64,000 nt of DNA from Candidatus Micrarchaeaceae archaeon. GTDB taxonomy: Archaea > Micrarchaeota > Micrarchaeia > Micrarchaeales > Micrarchaeaceae. This document shows, piece after piece, positions 25,947 to 36,558 of the stretch. The stretch's first letter is position 1. Each line of letters starts with the position of its first letter. Position numbers and translations under genes: made by a program. The DNA lies in contig JBEKES010000001.1 in assembly GCA_050013715.1 (NCBI GenBank), positions 14,378 through 78,377 of the forward strand. Reading direction: 5' to 3'. Under the pieces are notes generated by a model. It was not told the DNA's origin, made no database searches, and saw only the letters and a list, made by a program, of their open reading frames with translations.

Positions 25947-28900
25947 TTACGGCATTGTGTCGTTGTTGTGTATCCAGGGCTCTTTTGCAGGAACTGTCAC
26001 ATTGCCGCTTGAGTAGTTGTTCACTTCATATATTCTTACTGGATATGTGCCGTTGACGTAATTGATTGATCCTACGGTTGAATTTACAGGATACACTTCA
26101 GTGAATCCAGGAAGATTACCCAATATGAATCCTTTGTAGTAATTGGATTCGTAGAACTGCGATGGCGCATTTGTTATGGAGCCGTTTGCAGCATTGGGAG
26201 TGTAGAGCATAAGGAACTCAACATATAGGTTTCCTTGGATGTTTTGCACTCCCTGATAGTCAGTTGACTGTATGTATGCATTTATCTTGGTCCCATTCTG
26301 ATTGTAGATCTTTAATACTCCATTGGATGTTGGAGTCGCATCAACACAATCAGTTGCGTTTTCCACATTGTTGCCAAGTATTAGATATGCCTTGATGTAT
26401 ATGTTGCTGCCGTTTGATATTTGACAATAGTTGTTGATGCTCTGTGAGCTTGAATTGGTTTGTATCAATGCAGATAATGGAAGCAGGGCGAATTGAGGGT
26501 CATGCGCAACTTCACAGGCTGATGTTCCCAGCAAGTAGGGCACTGCCGGACTTTGCGTCTGACCTTGCGCTACTGCATATTGCATTGAAGTGCCATTGAC
26601 GTTTACGCACCCTAGGAAGTCCAACGCACCCCATTTGGATATAAGGTCTTGATCGAATAGCACATACTTGGTTTGATTGCCTTTCATGTAGCTTGCAAGT
26701 GTTTGAGGAGTTGCAACGCTTACTGCACCAGATGCAGTTGTTATGGGCTTTGGACCGAGCACATATTGTGCTGCAACTGCATAGTCTTCGCTCGCTACCG
26801 AATTATCGCCTCTTAATACGGCATTGCTGTTGCCGAACCAGTTGATCCAGTCGCCATAGTCCCACCAGGCAAGTATTCTTGGCGCATTGGGACCCACGTT
26901 ATTGCGTATCCATGTCATTGAGTTGAGCCAATAAGCAGGTATTGTATTACAATAGAGATTGTACCCAAGGCTGTTTCCTGCATTGGAAAGCGTTGTGCAT
27001 GCAGTAGCTGGGTTTAGCGAATAGGTTATTTGGGCAGAGAATGAATCGATGAATGCGCTGCTTTCGCCATAGAAGAACATGTGCGATGAAAATGAATACA
27101 GTGCAAGCAATATGCAAAGTACGATCAGTGTTTGGTTTACCTTGTCCTTGCTTTGCTTTATTCCATATCTGTAAATCAGAATGAATGCAAGTGCGGCAAT
27201 CGCGAACACGAAGCCGAATATGAAGAATAATCCTATGATTATTACAGATTGCGCAGCAAGCGGATGATCATGATAAACATTCTTGCTGAAATGCAGTGCC
27301 TTGCCGGCATCATTTGTCGTTCTTTTCACTAGCTTGAAATTATCTTCGGCTAGGTAGAGAACTTCTCCCAATATTATGCAGAATAATAGTATGTAAGCTG
27401 CTCCGAAATGAGGAAGATATTTCACTTCAAGGAAACCTGCTACCATCAGCGGAATTGCCGCAGCGATGTACAATACACCGGTCTTGCTCCTTCTGAATAT
27501 TATGCTTATGACTATGAAGGCCAGTCCGAGCGCACATACGGTCCATACAAGATACGGAATGTTGAATATTCCTGCACCAACTGCGCCGAATCCCTGTGCC
27601 CCGAAGTTGTATATCAAGCCAGTGGGTATGTATTCCTGCACTGTCATGAACAATGGTTTCGATGCTGTTGTAAATCGTGCGCTAAGGTTTATGTAGCTCT
27701 TGATGGGTTTTCCCAATGGAGTAAATAGAACTGCAACTATTGCAAGAACTATTACAAGTATCATGAATACAAGATTTGTCTTGCGGTTTACTTCCTTTAT
27801 CACTATCTTGCTTTTTGCCAATAATTTAGGCACGTAGTCCAGTATTGCTATAAGCATAAGCGCAAGCAACGGCCCTGATATTACGATTGGAATTCCCAGT
27901 ATGCTTGACAGATTGCTCTGCAGCGTTGCCTGGTAAGGTGCATACAGCGCATAGAATATTATTATTGTTGCAAGTATTATGATGTTCATCTTGTAGAAAT
28001 CCACAAGTGATTCATTTCTAAGAATGTCTATTATCCCTTCAGCGACTATGTAGATGACCAGAACTCCTGCTGTTACTGTGTAGTAGTGAGCGCTCAGGAA
28101 GTTGGATGCGAATGCAATTCCAGCAAGAACTGCAAGTCTCTTGTCCTTCATGTTTCTTATGGCAAGCATGTAAGTTGCTATGAAGAAGAATATTGCGAAT
28201 ATTCCAAACGGTTCCACAAGCTGCTCTCCGGAAATAAACGTTGTGAACAATACAGGCATCATTGCGGTAAGCGCTGCACCGATAAGCCCTATTTTTTCAT
28301 CATACTCATGGTAAAGCAGCATGAATATTACGAACACAAGAAGCGCTGCAGTTATTGGGGGGTATATGCTTCCAACATAGGACATTAGAGAAGAGCTGAA
28401 TACAATGTGATGAGTGCTTAGCGAATTGACAAGCTGATACCAATAGGCCTCAAGATATGGGACCAGTGGCTGCAATCTATGGTTTGTGCCTCCAGGAACA
28501 ACAGGCCATGCTGCAGGGTCGAGCAGCAACTGTTTTCCATAGGTCAATATGTAATGAGCGTCAATCATGTCGAAATAGGGATCGAACTCGAAGAATTTTG
28601 GTGCAGTTACAATGCTCTGCAGTCTTGTGTAGAAGGTGAGCATCATAAGTATAATCAGTATTGCCCAGACCCACCACGCAGCTTTGAACTTGTGCGTTGA
28701 GATTGGAGCCGCTGCGGCATCAAGCTGTTCTAGGAGTATTCTCTCCTCTTTTAATTGGTTTTCGCGCAGATGCTCCCTTGCTTCGCTGTGAAGATTCTCT
28801 ATTTTTGAACGTTCTTCATCAGTTAGTTTTGAGATTGAGCTGCGCTCGCTCTCCTGCTTTGATTTTAATAAATGTTCTTCCTCATTGTGCTTTTTCACTA

Positions 28901-29306
28901 CCTCTCTGCCGGAACCATACCTGTTGAGCCTTGACCTAACGGCATCAAGTGAAAGATTGGTTGTGTCTTCTTTCTGCTTGCTGCTTGAGCTTGAAAACAT
29001 GGAGCTTAGATTCAAATCGTTGAATACCCCTTCCCTCCAGCACAGTATTGCTCCTATTATGGTAAGTGCAAGTGCGTTGACTTCGAAAAGCCAGAGAGAG
29101 AAGCTGAACGCATGAACATATTTCATTAGATAGGATTCAAGCCATGTCATGGTTGCCGGTGCAATGAGACCGAATATGAAACCGATTACAATTGTCTCAA
29201 AGTGATTGAGTTCGGTTTTGTCAAGCAGTGCGTAGGCGAGCAGAACCCCTGGTATGAACATTGAAAAGAATGCAATTATAATTGCAGCTATTAACCCCAA
29301 TACCAT
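25947..29306 (-). CDS. aglB: Oligosaccharyltransferase AglB/STT3 with N-terminal extension
   Basis: FEFDPY, TVQE, WWDYG, DLISK; many TM helices. Confidence 0.93.
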   Translation of the reverse strand: MVLGLIAAIIIAFFSMFIPGVLLAYALLDKTELNHFETIVIGFIFGLIAPATMTWLESYLMKYVHAFSFSLWLFEVNALALTIIGAILCWREGVFNDLNLSSMFSSSSSKQKEDTTNLSLDAVRSRLNRYGSGREVVKKHNEEEHLLKSKQESERSSISKLTDEERSKIENLHSEAREHLRENQLKEERILLEQLDAAAAPISTHKFKAAWWVWAILIILMMLTFYTRLQSIVTAPKFFEFDPYFDMIDAHYILTYGKQLLLDPAAWPVVPGGTNHRLQPLVPYLEAYWYQLVNSLSTHHIVFSSSLMSYVGSIYPPITAALLVFVIFMLLYHEYDEKIGLIGAALTAMMPVLFTTFISGEQLVEPFGIFAIFFFIATYMLAIRNMKDKRLAVLAGIAFASNFLSAHYYTVTAGVLVIYIVAEGIIDILRNESLVDFYKMNIIILATIIIFYALYAPYQATLQSNLSSILGIPIVISGPLLALMLIAILDYVPKLLAKSKIVIKEVNRKTNLVFMILVIVLAIVAVLFTPLGKPIKSYINLSARFTTASKPLFMTVQEYIPTGLIYNFGAQGFGAVGAGIFNIPYLVWTVCALGLAFIVISIIFRRSKTGVLYIAAAIPLMVAGFLEVKYLPHFGAAYILLFCIILGEVLYLAEDNFKLVKRTTNDAGKALHFSKNVYHDHPLAAQSVIIIGLFFIFGFVFAIAALAFILIYRYGIKQSKDKVNQTLIVLCILLALYSFSSHMFFYGESSAFIDSFSAQITYSLNPATACTTLSNAGNSLGYNLYCNTIPAYWLNSMTWIRNNVGPNAPRILAWWDYGDWINWFGNSNAVLRGDNSVASEDYAVAAQYVLGPKPITTASGAVSVATPQTLASYMKGNQTKYVLFDQDLISKWGALDFLGCVNVNGTSMQYAVAQGQTQSPAVPYLLGTSACEVAHDPQFALLPLSALIQTNSSSQSINNYCQISNGSNIYIKAYLILGNNVENATDCVDATPTSNGVLKIYNQNGTKINAYIQSTDYQGVQNIQGNLYVEFLMLYTPNAANGSITNAPSQFYESNYYKGFILGNLPGFTEVYPVNSTVGSINYVNGTYPVRIYEVNNYSSGNVTVPAKEPWIHNNDTMP

Positions 29307-29350
29307 AACAATTCAACTATTATACCTGAATATTTGGATAGCAATGCTTA

Positions 29351-29974
29351 TTAGCTATTCAATATGGACTTCGGTATTTCGATTGCCTTTAATTCTCTGT
29401 CAGGGAATACCGTTCCCGGTGGAACTATTCTTACATACACTCCTATTGCACCGTATTTTGGATACGCAGTTGCGTGAGCCGCCCTTACCAGTTCAACAAC
29501 ATCACCAGCTTTTGGTATGTATCCTAGGCTTTTTCTTATTGTTTTGGCGCGTGCCCCCTTTGCTGCCAATTTGCCGCTTGTGACTATTTCAGCGCCAAGC
29601 GCTCCATTTTCTATGATTTCCCTAAGCGTTGTCTGTATGATTCTTCTTGCGTTTATTCCTCGTTCAAGCCTTTCTGCAATGCTCTTTGCAACCAGAAGAG
29701 GCTCAAGCATCTTGTTGTCCACTTCCATTACATTGATTTGAGGATTTTCAACCTTGAACTTGTTCTTTATTGTTTCAGTCACAATATCGATTGTTCTTCC
29801 TCCTCTTCCGATGACTCTTCCGGGATTAAGCACATATACAGTTATTCTTGTGAGTATTGGCGTTTTCTGTATTTCAACTCTGGAGAATCCTGCACGGGCA
29901 AGCTCCTTGCTGAGATACTTTGATATGTTCAGTTTTATTATCGCATCATTTATGAATTTTGTTTCTATTGCCAA
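29351..29974 (-). CDS. rps3: 30S ribosomal protein S3
   Basis: KH domain PGRVIGRGG; GAEIVTSGK; GAIGVYVRI. Confidence 0.97.
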   Translation of the reverse strand: MAIETKFINDAIIKLNISKYLSKELARAGFSRVEIQKTPILTRITVYVLNPGRVIGRGGRTIDIVTETIKNKFKVENPQINVMEVDNKMLEPLLVAKSIAERLERGINARRIIQTTLREIIENGALGAEIVTSGKLAAKGARAKTIRKSLGYIPKAGDVVELVRAAHATAYPKYGAIGVYVRIVPPGTVFPDRELKAIEIPKSILNS

Positions 29975-29987
29975 TTCTACACCTTGA

Positions 29988-30755
29988 TTATACCTTTTGA
30001 CTGTCCTCTTTTAATTCCTGCTTGTCTTTATTTGATTCCTGCACGTGCTCCTTTAATTCTCTTTTTTCCTTTGGAAATTCCTTTATTGGCTGTTTTGTCT
30101 CTGGATTTGGCATTGCCTGCGGTGCTGCAACTGGTTTTGGCACAGCTGCTGCTGTTGTCTTTGGTTGAGCAGGCTTTGCTGCGGTTGTCTTCTTCTTTTG
30201 AACTGTTTTCAATTCAACTGGTTTTTCCTTCTTGCTGATTGCCTTGAGAACCCTTTTCATTCTTGCACCCAATTCCTTTGAATCCTTGTTGCCAACTGCG
30301 ATTTCTATCTTTGCGAGCTCAAGATTGCTTCTTCTTGCTGCTCCGTAGCCATAGCCTCCGCTTATGGACCTTATTCCTTTTGAAGGAGACCTTGGAATTA
30401 TTTGAGTCTTATTTGCAGTTGCATGCACAACATAAAGCATTTCAGGGTCCTGGCCCTTGTTCTTTGCATTGGCAGCTGCGTTAACAACAACCTTCCTTAC
30501 AAGTGCTGCGCATTTTATCGGGTATCTGCCTTTCTTGCCTCCCAATTCGTGCCTTGATCCCATATATCTGTTGTGCCTTCTGAATTCGATTGGCCTTCCG
30601 TCATTGATTACGCTGTCGAGTATTTTCAATGCCTGCGGAATGGAATGGTATCTAACCGCATCGCACACTACGCATAAATCCTTGTAACTGGCGTTAATGT
30701 CCTTTGCATGGGCGAAGACCAGTTCCTTTCTTTCCAAATTGTATGAGTATTTCAA
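29988..30755 (-). CDS. rpl22: 50S ribosomal protein L22 with long C-terminal extension
   Basis: GRYPIK, NAAANAKNKG; operon position. Confidence 0.93.
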   Translation of the reverse strand: MKYSYNLERKELVFAHAKDINASYKDLCVVCDAVRYHSIPQALKILDSVINDGRPIEFRRHNRYMGSRHELGGKKGRYPIKCAALVRKVVVNAAANAKNKGQDPEMLYVVHATANKTQIIPRSPSKGIRSISGGYGYGAARRSNLELAKIEIAVGNKDSKELGARMKRVLKAISKKEKPVELKTVQKKKTTAAKPAQPKTTAAAVPKPVAAPQAMPNPETKQPIKEFPKEKRELKEHVQESNKDKQELKEDSQKV

Positions 30756-31148
30756 TTATTTCACCGCTAAGAACTTGCTTCCTCTTGTTGCCCTTATTCC
30801 TGGCGCAGAGTGAAGAACTCTTTTTGTTGTGTATGAATATTCGCCAAGCCTGTGGCCAAGCATGTTTGCCGCTATTACAAACTGCTTGAATTCCTTGCCA
30901 TTATGCACTGCGAATGTCATTCCTACCCAGGGCATGACTATTACCGCTTCTCTTATGTGTGTTCGTATCGGCTTTGCGTTGTTGTTTTTCTTGTATTTTT
31001 CAACTTTCTGCAAAAGCTTTTTGTACGTGAGCGAATTCCTTTTGATGCTTCTTCTCTCTCTTGAATTGACTAATTTTAAATATTCATCCATTTGCATGTT
31101 TGTTGCTTCCGTTGCGTATTTTCCTCTATAAGCTATTCTTTCTACCAT
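30756..31148 (-). CDS. rps19: 30S ribosomal protein S19
   Basis: RTHIR, VHNGKEF, MLGHRLGE, GATRGS-like C-terminus. Confidence 0.97.
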   Translation of the reverse strand: MVERIAYRGKYATEATNMQMDEYLKLVNSRERRSIKRNSLTYKKLLQKVEKYKKNNNAKPIRTHIREAVIVMPWVGMTFAVHNGKEFKQFVIAANMLGHRLGEYSYTTKRVLHSAPGIRATRGSKFLAVK

Positions 31149-31152
31149 GATT

Positions 31153-31863
31153 TCATCTCTTTCTTCTGCCTACCCTGCTTGCGGCTATGTGCCCTACCTT
31201 TCTTCCTGGAGGTGCATTTCTCGATGTCATGCTGCTCTTACCCTTGTGGTGCTGTTTTCCTCCGAACGGATGGTCAACAGGGTTCATCTTGACACCTCTC
31301 TGCACAGGCCAGGTTCTGTTCTTCGCATGCATTATATAATGATTCTTTCCTGCCTTTACAAGCGGTTGATCAGTTATTCCACCGCTGGCAACTACGCCCA
31401 ATTGGGCCCTGCATTCATTCTTGAATATTACCATTGCCTTGGATGGCATTGTGATTGTTGTTGTGTTTCCAATGTGAGCTGCAACATAGGCAGCGCTTCC
31501 TGCCGCGCGGACATACTTGCCTCCATCTCCAGGATACGATTCAATATTAAATATTGGAATTCCTTCTGGGATGTCTCCCAATCTTAGGACGCTTCCCAAT
31601 GAATATATGGGCTTTTCGCTTATGTGTATCTTGTCGCCTATTCTTATGCCCTCTGGAGCAATAAGATAGCCTGTTGAAAGATCCTCGTACATAACTTCTA
31701 TTAGTGGAGCAGTATGACCGGTATGGTTTATCATGTTTACGACTTCGCCTATTCGTTCAGTTCTCGTGTTAGGATAGCTTACGCTGATGTCGAAGGTATT
31801 GGGTAATTTCCTGTAAACGTTTGAACCCTTTCCTCTTCTTTGTTGCCTTAGCTTCTTTCCCAT
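31153..31863 (-). CDS. rpl2: 50S ribosomal protein L2
   Basis: MGKKLRQQRRG, MNPVDHPFGG, APPGRKVG. Confidence 0.98.
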   Translation of the reverse strand: MGKKLRQQRRGKGSNVYRKLPNTFDISVSYPNTRTERIGEVVNMINHTGHTAPLIEVMYEDLSTGYLIAPEGIRIGDKIHISEKPIYSLGSVLRLGDIPEGIPIFNIESYPGDGGKYVRAAGSAAYVAAHIGNTTTITMPSKAMVIFKNECRAQLGVVASGGITDQPLVKAGKNHYIMHAKNRTWPVQRGVKMNPVDHPFGGKQHHKGKSSMTSRNAPPGRKVGHIAASRVGRRKR

Positions 31864-31865
31864 AA

Positions 31866-32117
31866 TTACACCAGTTTGAGTTTCACTGCAACATCAGTCG
31901 CGTTGAAGCCCTTTGCCAATTTTATAAATGCCTTTTTCGTGTTTTTCGGAAGATTGATTGTATTTATGCTTTTTACTTTCACGTTGAAGCTCTTCTCGAA
32001 TTCCTTCTTGATTTCTGTTTTCGATGACCTTGAATCCACTATAAATGTTATGATGTTGTTTTTGTCAACTATTCCTACAGATTTTTCTGTTGTCAGTGGA
32101 TATTTCAATATGCTCAA
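31866..32117 (-). CDS. rpl23: 50S ribosomal protein L23
   Basis: PLTTEK, FNVKV, KKAFIKL. Confidence 0.96.
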   Translation of the reverse strand: MSILKYPLTTEKSVGIVDKNNIITFIVDSRSSKTEIKKEFEKSFNVKVKSINTINLPKNTKKAFIKLAKGFNATDVAVKLKLV

Positions 32118-32121
32118 TTAA

Positions 32122-32913
32122 TCACGTAAGATTTTGCTTCTTTAAAGAAGCGTCTAGCTCTTTTATTGCAGATTCGCTCCACACTGTCATTCTTCCGGGA
32201 ACTCCTCCGGGCGCAAGCAGATTTGCAGTGAGATTTGAGACTTCGCAGGCATCAACACCGGCAATATTTCTTGCAGCTTTTATTGCACGTGCGTCCTTTC
32301 CAGTTACCAGAAGAACGGATTTCTTGTAATGCTTCCTTATGGAAGATCTCCTAAGCCCTTTCTTTATTCTTACTTGCTTGTCCTCTTTTATCTGCTCAAG
32401 TAGATTTATGCTGCTGAATATTTTCAATAATTCCTTTGTCTTTTTTATTGATTCGATTTCGTTTGTAAGTATTATTGGTGATTTTGATTTATTTGTTTTG
32501 AAGGTGTTTGTCGCAGAGACTGCGCTTGCCAATGCTTTCTGGTATTCCCTTTTGTTTATGTTCTCTTTTATTATCTTTTCTGCAAGGTGCGGATGCGCCC
32601 TCTTACCCTTCACTGCTGATGGAACCACTCTTACCTGGCCTTGGACTCCTCCTCCTAGTTTCTGCCTTGGCCTTATCGCAATTCCCATGTGACGTCCCGA
32701 TCTGTAGGAATTCATTGCACCATAGTACATTGCAGATGTGTTCATTCCTGCAAGAGGATAATGCGCCTGAGGCTGAAGCTTCCTTGTGTTTTCTGCAACT
32801 ACCGCTCTTTGTATAAGCTCGGGGCGTACAAGCTCGTCGAATGCCTTTGGTAGTTCGATCTTGCCCTTTACTTTTCCATCGAGAGATAAAATTTCAGCTT
32901 CCATAAATATCAT
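32122..32913 (-). CDS. rpl4: 50S ribosomal protein L4
   Basis: VRPELI, GKRAHP, RNIAGVD, LLAPGG..GR. Confidence 0.96.
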   Translation of the reverse strand: MIFMEAEILSLDGKVKGKIELPKAFDELVRPELIQRAVVAENTRKLQPQAHYPLAGMNTSAMYYGAMNSYRSGRHMGIAIRPRQKLGGGVQGQVRVVPSAVKGKRAHPHLAEKIIKENINKREYQKALASAVSATNTFKTNKSKSPIILTNEIESIKKTKELLKIFSSINLLEQIKEDKQVRIKKGLRRSSIRKHYKKSVLLVTGKDARAIKAARNIAGVDACEVSNLTANLLAPGGVPGRMTVWSESAIKELDASLKKQNLT

Positions 32914-33881
32914 TCAATTGATGTATAATTTATTTTCGGCTCCTTTATTCCTTTCCTGTTCCTGTTTATTGTTTTTCTTATTCGTACCAATCTTTTTACA
33001 GGGCCGCCAACTGAGCCTTTTATTATTATATAATCGTTTTTTACGTTTCCATAATTGAGGAAACCTGCCTTAGGATTTATTTTCTGGACTTCAGAGGAAT
33101 TGCCTATTTTCAATAAACGCTTGTTGGTTTCAGTTCGATAGTTGAATCCTAGCTGACCAGCTTGGGGAACAGTGAAAAGCACTTTTCCAGGAGACATTGC
33201 TCCAAGAGCACCAACGTGCCTTACTTTTTGGGTTGCCTTGTGTGAAAGACGCGCTGTTCCGAATCTCTTTATGGTTCCGGCCCAGCCCTTTCCTTTTGTT
33301 ATGGCAGTAATATCTATGAATTCTCCGTTCTTGAACACTTCATTGACCTTTAATTCCTTGCCGAGCTTTGCGCTTGCAAAATTGAATTTGTCTTCAATAT
33401 TAGAGCCTCCGATTTCGGATTCAAATCGTATGTGCCTGTGCTGATCCACACTAAGCCCTTTCGGATAGGCAACAAGAAGCGCAGTTATGTTTGAATATTC
33501 ATTTAATTTTTCTTTAATGGAATTGAGTTTTGATTCATCATTCTTTACGTTTTTCCTTTTTAATTTCTTTGCGGATTCTGCATGATGTATTTCGAATGAT
33601 GCTTTCTTGTAGCCGTTTATGTCCTTTGAATAGCAGCGTATTCCATACATTTCAATATGAGGGATTTCAAGAATAGTGCAAGCTGTTGTTATTTCCATGT
33701 TCTTTGAGGGAGAATCAGAATCGTCGTTCATTCCAATATGTGCCATTCCAACTTTGTATGCAACCATGTTCAGAGGAACGCTTTCCTTTATGTTTATGGG
33801 AGCATGGCGCACCCTAGGAAGACGCTTCTGTGCTCTTCGATGATGCCAATATTGTAGTGAACCTCTGTGCATAATAGACAC
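32910..33881 (-). CDS. rpl3: 50S ribosomal protein L3
   Basis: YKVGM, ITKGKG, AGQLGFNYRTE, KGSVGG. Confidence 0.97.
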   Translation of the reverse strand: MSIMHRGSLQYWHHRRAQKRLPRVRHAPINIKESVPLNMVAYKVGMAHIGMNDDSDSPSKNMEITTACTILEIPHIEMYGIRCYSKDINGYKKASFEIHHAESAKKLKRKNVKNDESKLNSIKEKLNEYSNITALLVAYPKGLSVDQHRHIRFESEIGGSNIEDKFNFASAKLGKELKVNEVFKNGEFIDITAITKGKGWAGTIKRFGTARLSHKATQKVRHVGALGAMSPGKVLFTVPQAGQLGFNYRTETNKRLLKIGNSSEVQKINPKAGFLNYGNVKNDYIIIKGSVGGPVKRLVRIRKTINRNRKGIKEPKINYTSIE

Positions 33882-34042
33882 TCAAATTTGATGTAACCTA
33901 GAAGAAGATCCTAGACGAATCTTTCCGCTACCGCTACTGTATACAACGTCTACAGTTAATATATTCTATTGTATGCTTTTATAAAGGTTTGCATGACGTT
34001 AACGCACTCTGAGGATTAGCGGAAGCTTTAAAAGCAAAAATA

Positions 34043-34615
34043 TTATTGGTGCACTGGCTCTTCCCTTAACAAACCATGACGGGCAATCCCTTCAAGATGT
34101 TCCGTAAAGTTAGCAGATATGGCATTTATGCCGCCAAGCAATAAAGCTGCAGCCCCGACAAGCTCTTCATAGTTTTTCTTGTCTGGTAAATTTTTATCGA
34201 AACTTAAGAGCAGTTCTTTTATGCCCTTTGTATGAAGGACAACATCCTCTTCGATTAAAGACATCACGTCGTCGAATTTAGCAACTGACCATGTTTGTTC
34301 CTTTGCAATGCTCTGTTGATTGTCTATTGCACCTTTTATCATTTCATAATAATTTTTTAAAGATTCGTTGATTTCTTCGACAATTTTGAGACCTAGACTG
34401 TATTTTGTTATTTCAGTATGGTATGGTTCATAGGTATGTGTAGTTGGTACGAGGATATGGAGGTCATTTCTATGTAGAACATACGTTTGAAGAAGCTGAC
34501 CTTTAAGTTTAAAGGACAGTTTACCAGATGCATATGACAGTTCTTCATGAAGAGGTTGCCTTATTTTTCTGCTCCATTCAACAGACGCTACCCCTATGGT
34601 TCTGTTTAGTTCCAT
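34043..34615 (-). CDS. Hypothetical helical protein (start MELNR)
   Basis: GTGATCAAATG start; longer start overlaps divergent gene. Confidence 0.65.
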   Translation of the reverse strand: MELNRTIGVASVEWSRKIRQPLHEELSYASGKLSFKLKGQLLQTYVLHRNDLHILVPTTHTYEPYHTEITKYSLGLKIVEEINESLKNYYEMIKGAIDNQQSIAKEQTWSVAKFDDVMSLIEEDVVLHTKGIKELLLSFDKNLPDKKNYEELVGAAALLLGGINAISANFTEHLEGIARHGLLREEPVHQ

Positions 34616-34707
34616 TTGATCACTAGGAACATACATATTTTTAGATATAAATAAGTTTTGTTTAACTTTGTACAAAGACTTAAATAAAAGAAATCCGATA
34701 GTAAAGC

Positions 34708-35493
34708 ATGTATTTTGTTGGGATAGATCTTGCATGGTCCGGCAAGAATAGAAGTGGTATTGCAATAATAGATGGTAATGGTAAAAATGGTTCTTTGATA
34801 GTAGCGAATACAGTACTTACAGATGAGGAGATATTGGATTTTGTATCAAAAAACGTAAAAGATGAGCCTGCACTCATTGCCATAGATGCACCATTAATAG
34901 TACCAAACAAGAAAGGCAGAAGGCTTGCAGAACAGCTTGTTGGTGATCTATTCAGAAGATACGATGCTGGTGCACATCCATCAAATAGAGAAAGATTAGG
35001 TGCCTGGTCAAATGGAAAAATAAGAGGAGAAGAAATTACAAAGTCATTGCAGAAATTAGGTTTCATGCACGACCCATATGTAAAAAAACATGAAACTTCA
35101 AGAAAGCTTTTCGAGGTTTATCCGCATCCATCAATGGTTGTATTATTTAATCTTAACAAAATACTGAGATACAAAGCAAAACCAAACAGAGATAATGCAT
35201 TTAGAGTGAAAGAATTCGAAAGGTACAATAACTATCTTAAAGCACTAAATAAAGCATCACCTGCTCTAAAAATAGAGAAAAAGTTCTTGAATAATGATTT
35301 GAAAAAGTTACGATTATCCGAATTAAAAAGTTATGAGGATACTATTGATGCGGTGTTCTGTGCGTACATTGCTTATTATTATTGGGCAAACCCACAAAAT
35401 TGCTCAGTTCTTGGCAACATGAAAGCAGGATACATCATGACGCCTGTTTTCGAATCAATGAGAGGAACACAAAAAGCACTTACAGCAAAATAA
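34708..35493 (+). CDS. DUF429 family RNase H-like nuclease
   Basis: GIDLAW, AIDAPL, EVYPH, DAVFCAY. Confidence 0.9.
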   Translation: MYFVGIDLAWSGKNRSGIAIIDGNGKNGSLIVANTVLTDEEILDFVSKNVKDEPALIAIDAPLIVPNKKGRRLAEQLVGDLFRRYDAGAHPSNRERLGAWSNGKIRGEEITKSLQKLGFMHDPYVKKHETSRKLFEVYPHPSMVVLFNLNKILRYKAKPNRDNAFRVKEFERYNNYLKALNKASPALKIEKKFLNNDLKKLRLSELKSYEDTIDAVFCAYIAYYYWANPQNCSVLGNMKAGYIMTPVFESMRGTQKALTAK

Positions 35494-35540
35494 TTGCACA
35501 AAATGATTTAATACATTAAATTTTATATTAAAGTGATTAG

Positions 35541-36320
35541 ATGGAAACAAAATTGTTATCAAAAATGAGCGACAAAGAAATCAAAATAATAAAAATGGTT
35601 GTTTTTGATGTTGATGGAGTAATAATACCGAAAGGCAGCAACCTACATGAAAGTAATGATGGCACTCAGTTGTCTATGAAAACACACAGTTTGTCTCCTG
35701 AATTTGTGAAGAATATTAAAATATTGAAAAAATCTGTTAAAGTTGCATTTTCTTCAGGAAGAAACCTTCTTTATATGAGAACATTAGTTAAGGACATTTT
35801 TGATAAGAATGTAATAATACAAACAGAAAATGGCGCAGTTACTTTTATGGATGGCAGAATAATTCATGAAAATTATCCTAACGAATATTTCATGTCACTC
35901 TACAATATAAGAAATGATGTAATTAAGAATAGTAAAAAGGTTCATCTTATGGGTTTTGAACCAAAACTATTCAACCTTGCAATTCATACTATAATAGAAA
36001 AACCATTCGTGTGTGACATAGTAAAAAGAAACGATCCAAAGGATATGCTTTATTGCATTTGGACTGGCGAGGCGTACGATGTGGGATTAAAAGGAGTTAC
36101 TAAAGGTTCTTCCCTTAAGAAACTATCTAAAAAATTAGGATTAAAAAGAAACGAAATTATTACTACAGGAAATGCGCTCAATGACAAAGAAATGCTTGAG
36201 TTTGGTGTTGGAGTAACAGTTGAGCCTAAAGTTGTTTGGGGCAAATACAAAACAAGTGGTAAAGGGTTAGGAGGAGAAGAGCTTGCTGCCTTCCTAGTAA
36301 AAAAATTATGTAAAAAGTAA
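35541..36320 (+). CDS. HAD superfamily hydrolase (IIB-like)
   Basis: FDVDG, SSGR, ENGA, TKG, GNALND. Confidence 0.9.
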   Translation: METKLLSKMSDKEIKIIKMVVFDVDGVIIPKGSNLHESNDGTQLSMKTHSLSPEFVKNIKILKKSVKVAFSSGRNLLYMRTLVKDIFDKNVIIQTENGAVTFMDGRIIHENYPNEYFMSLYNIRNDVIKNSKKVHLMGFEPKLFNLAIHTIIEKPFVCDIVKRNDPKDMLYCIWTGEAYDVGLKGVTKGSSLKKLSKKLGLKRNEIITTGNALNDKEMLEFGVGVTVEPKVVWGKYKTSGKGLGGEELAAFLVKKLCKK

Positions 36321-36554
36321 TTATAGTTTAGTTGCTTCAATTACCTGCAGGTCCCTTAGTATTGAATTTGCAGATGCACGAAGCGCAGTTGCATCTTTTG
36401 CACTTATTTCTATGAATAGTGTGCCCTTTATCTCCTTCAATTTTATGTTGCTTCTTTTATGCTCTGTTTTAATGCTCAATATTTTCGAGTATTCTAGAGC
36501 CTTCTCTTTGTTTATAATTAGTTTAAGTTGAAACTTCTCTCCTTGCTTGGGCAT
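36321..36554 (-). CDS. pcc1: KEOPS complex subunit Pcc1
   Basis: RS...IEISAKDATALRASANS. Confidence 0.85.
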   Translation of the reverse strand: MPKQGEKFQLKLIINKEKALEYSKILSIKTEHKRSNIKLKEIKGTLFIEISAKDATALRASANSILRDLQVIEATKL

Positions 36555-36558
36555 TGGA

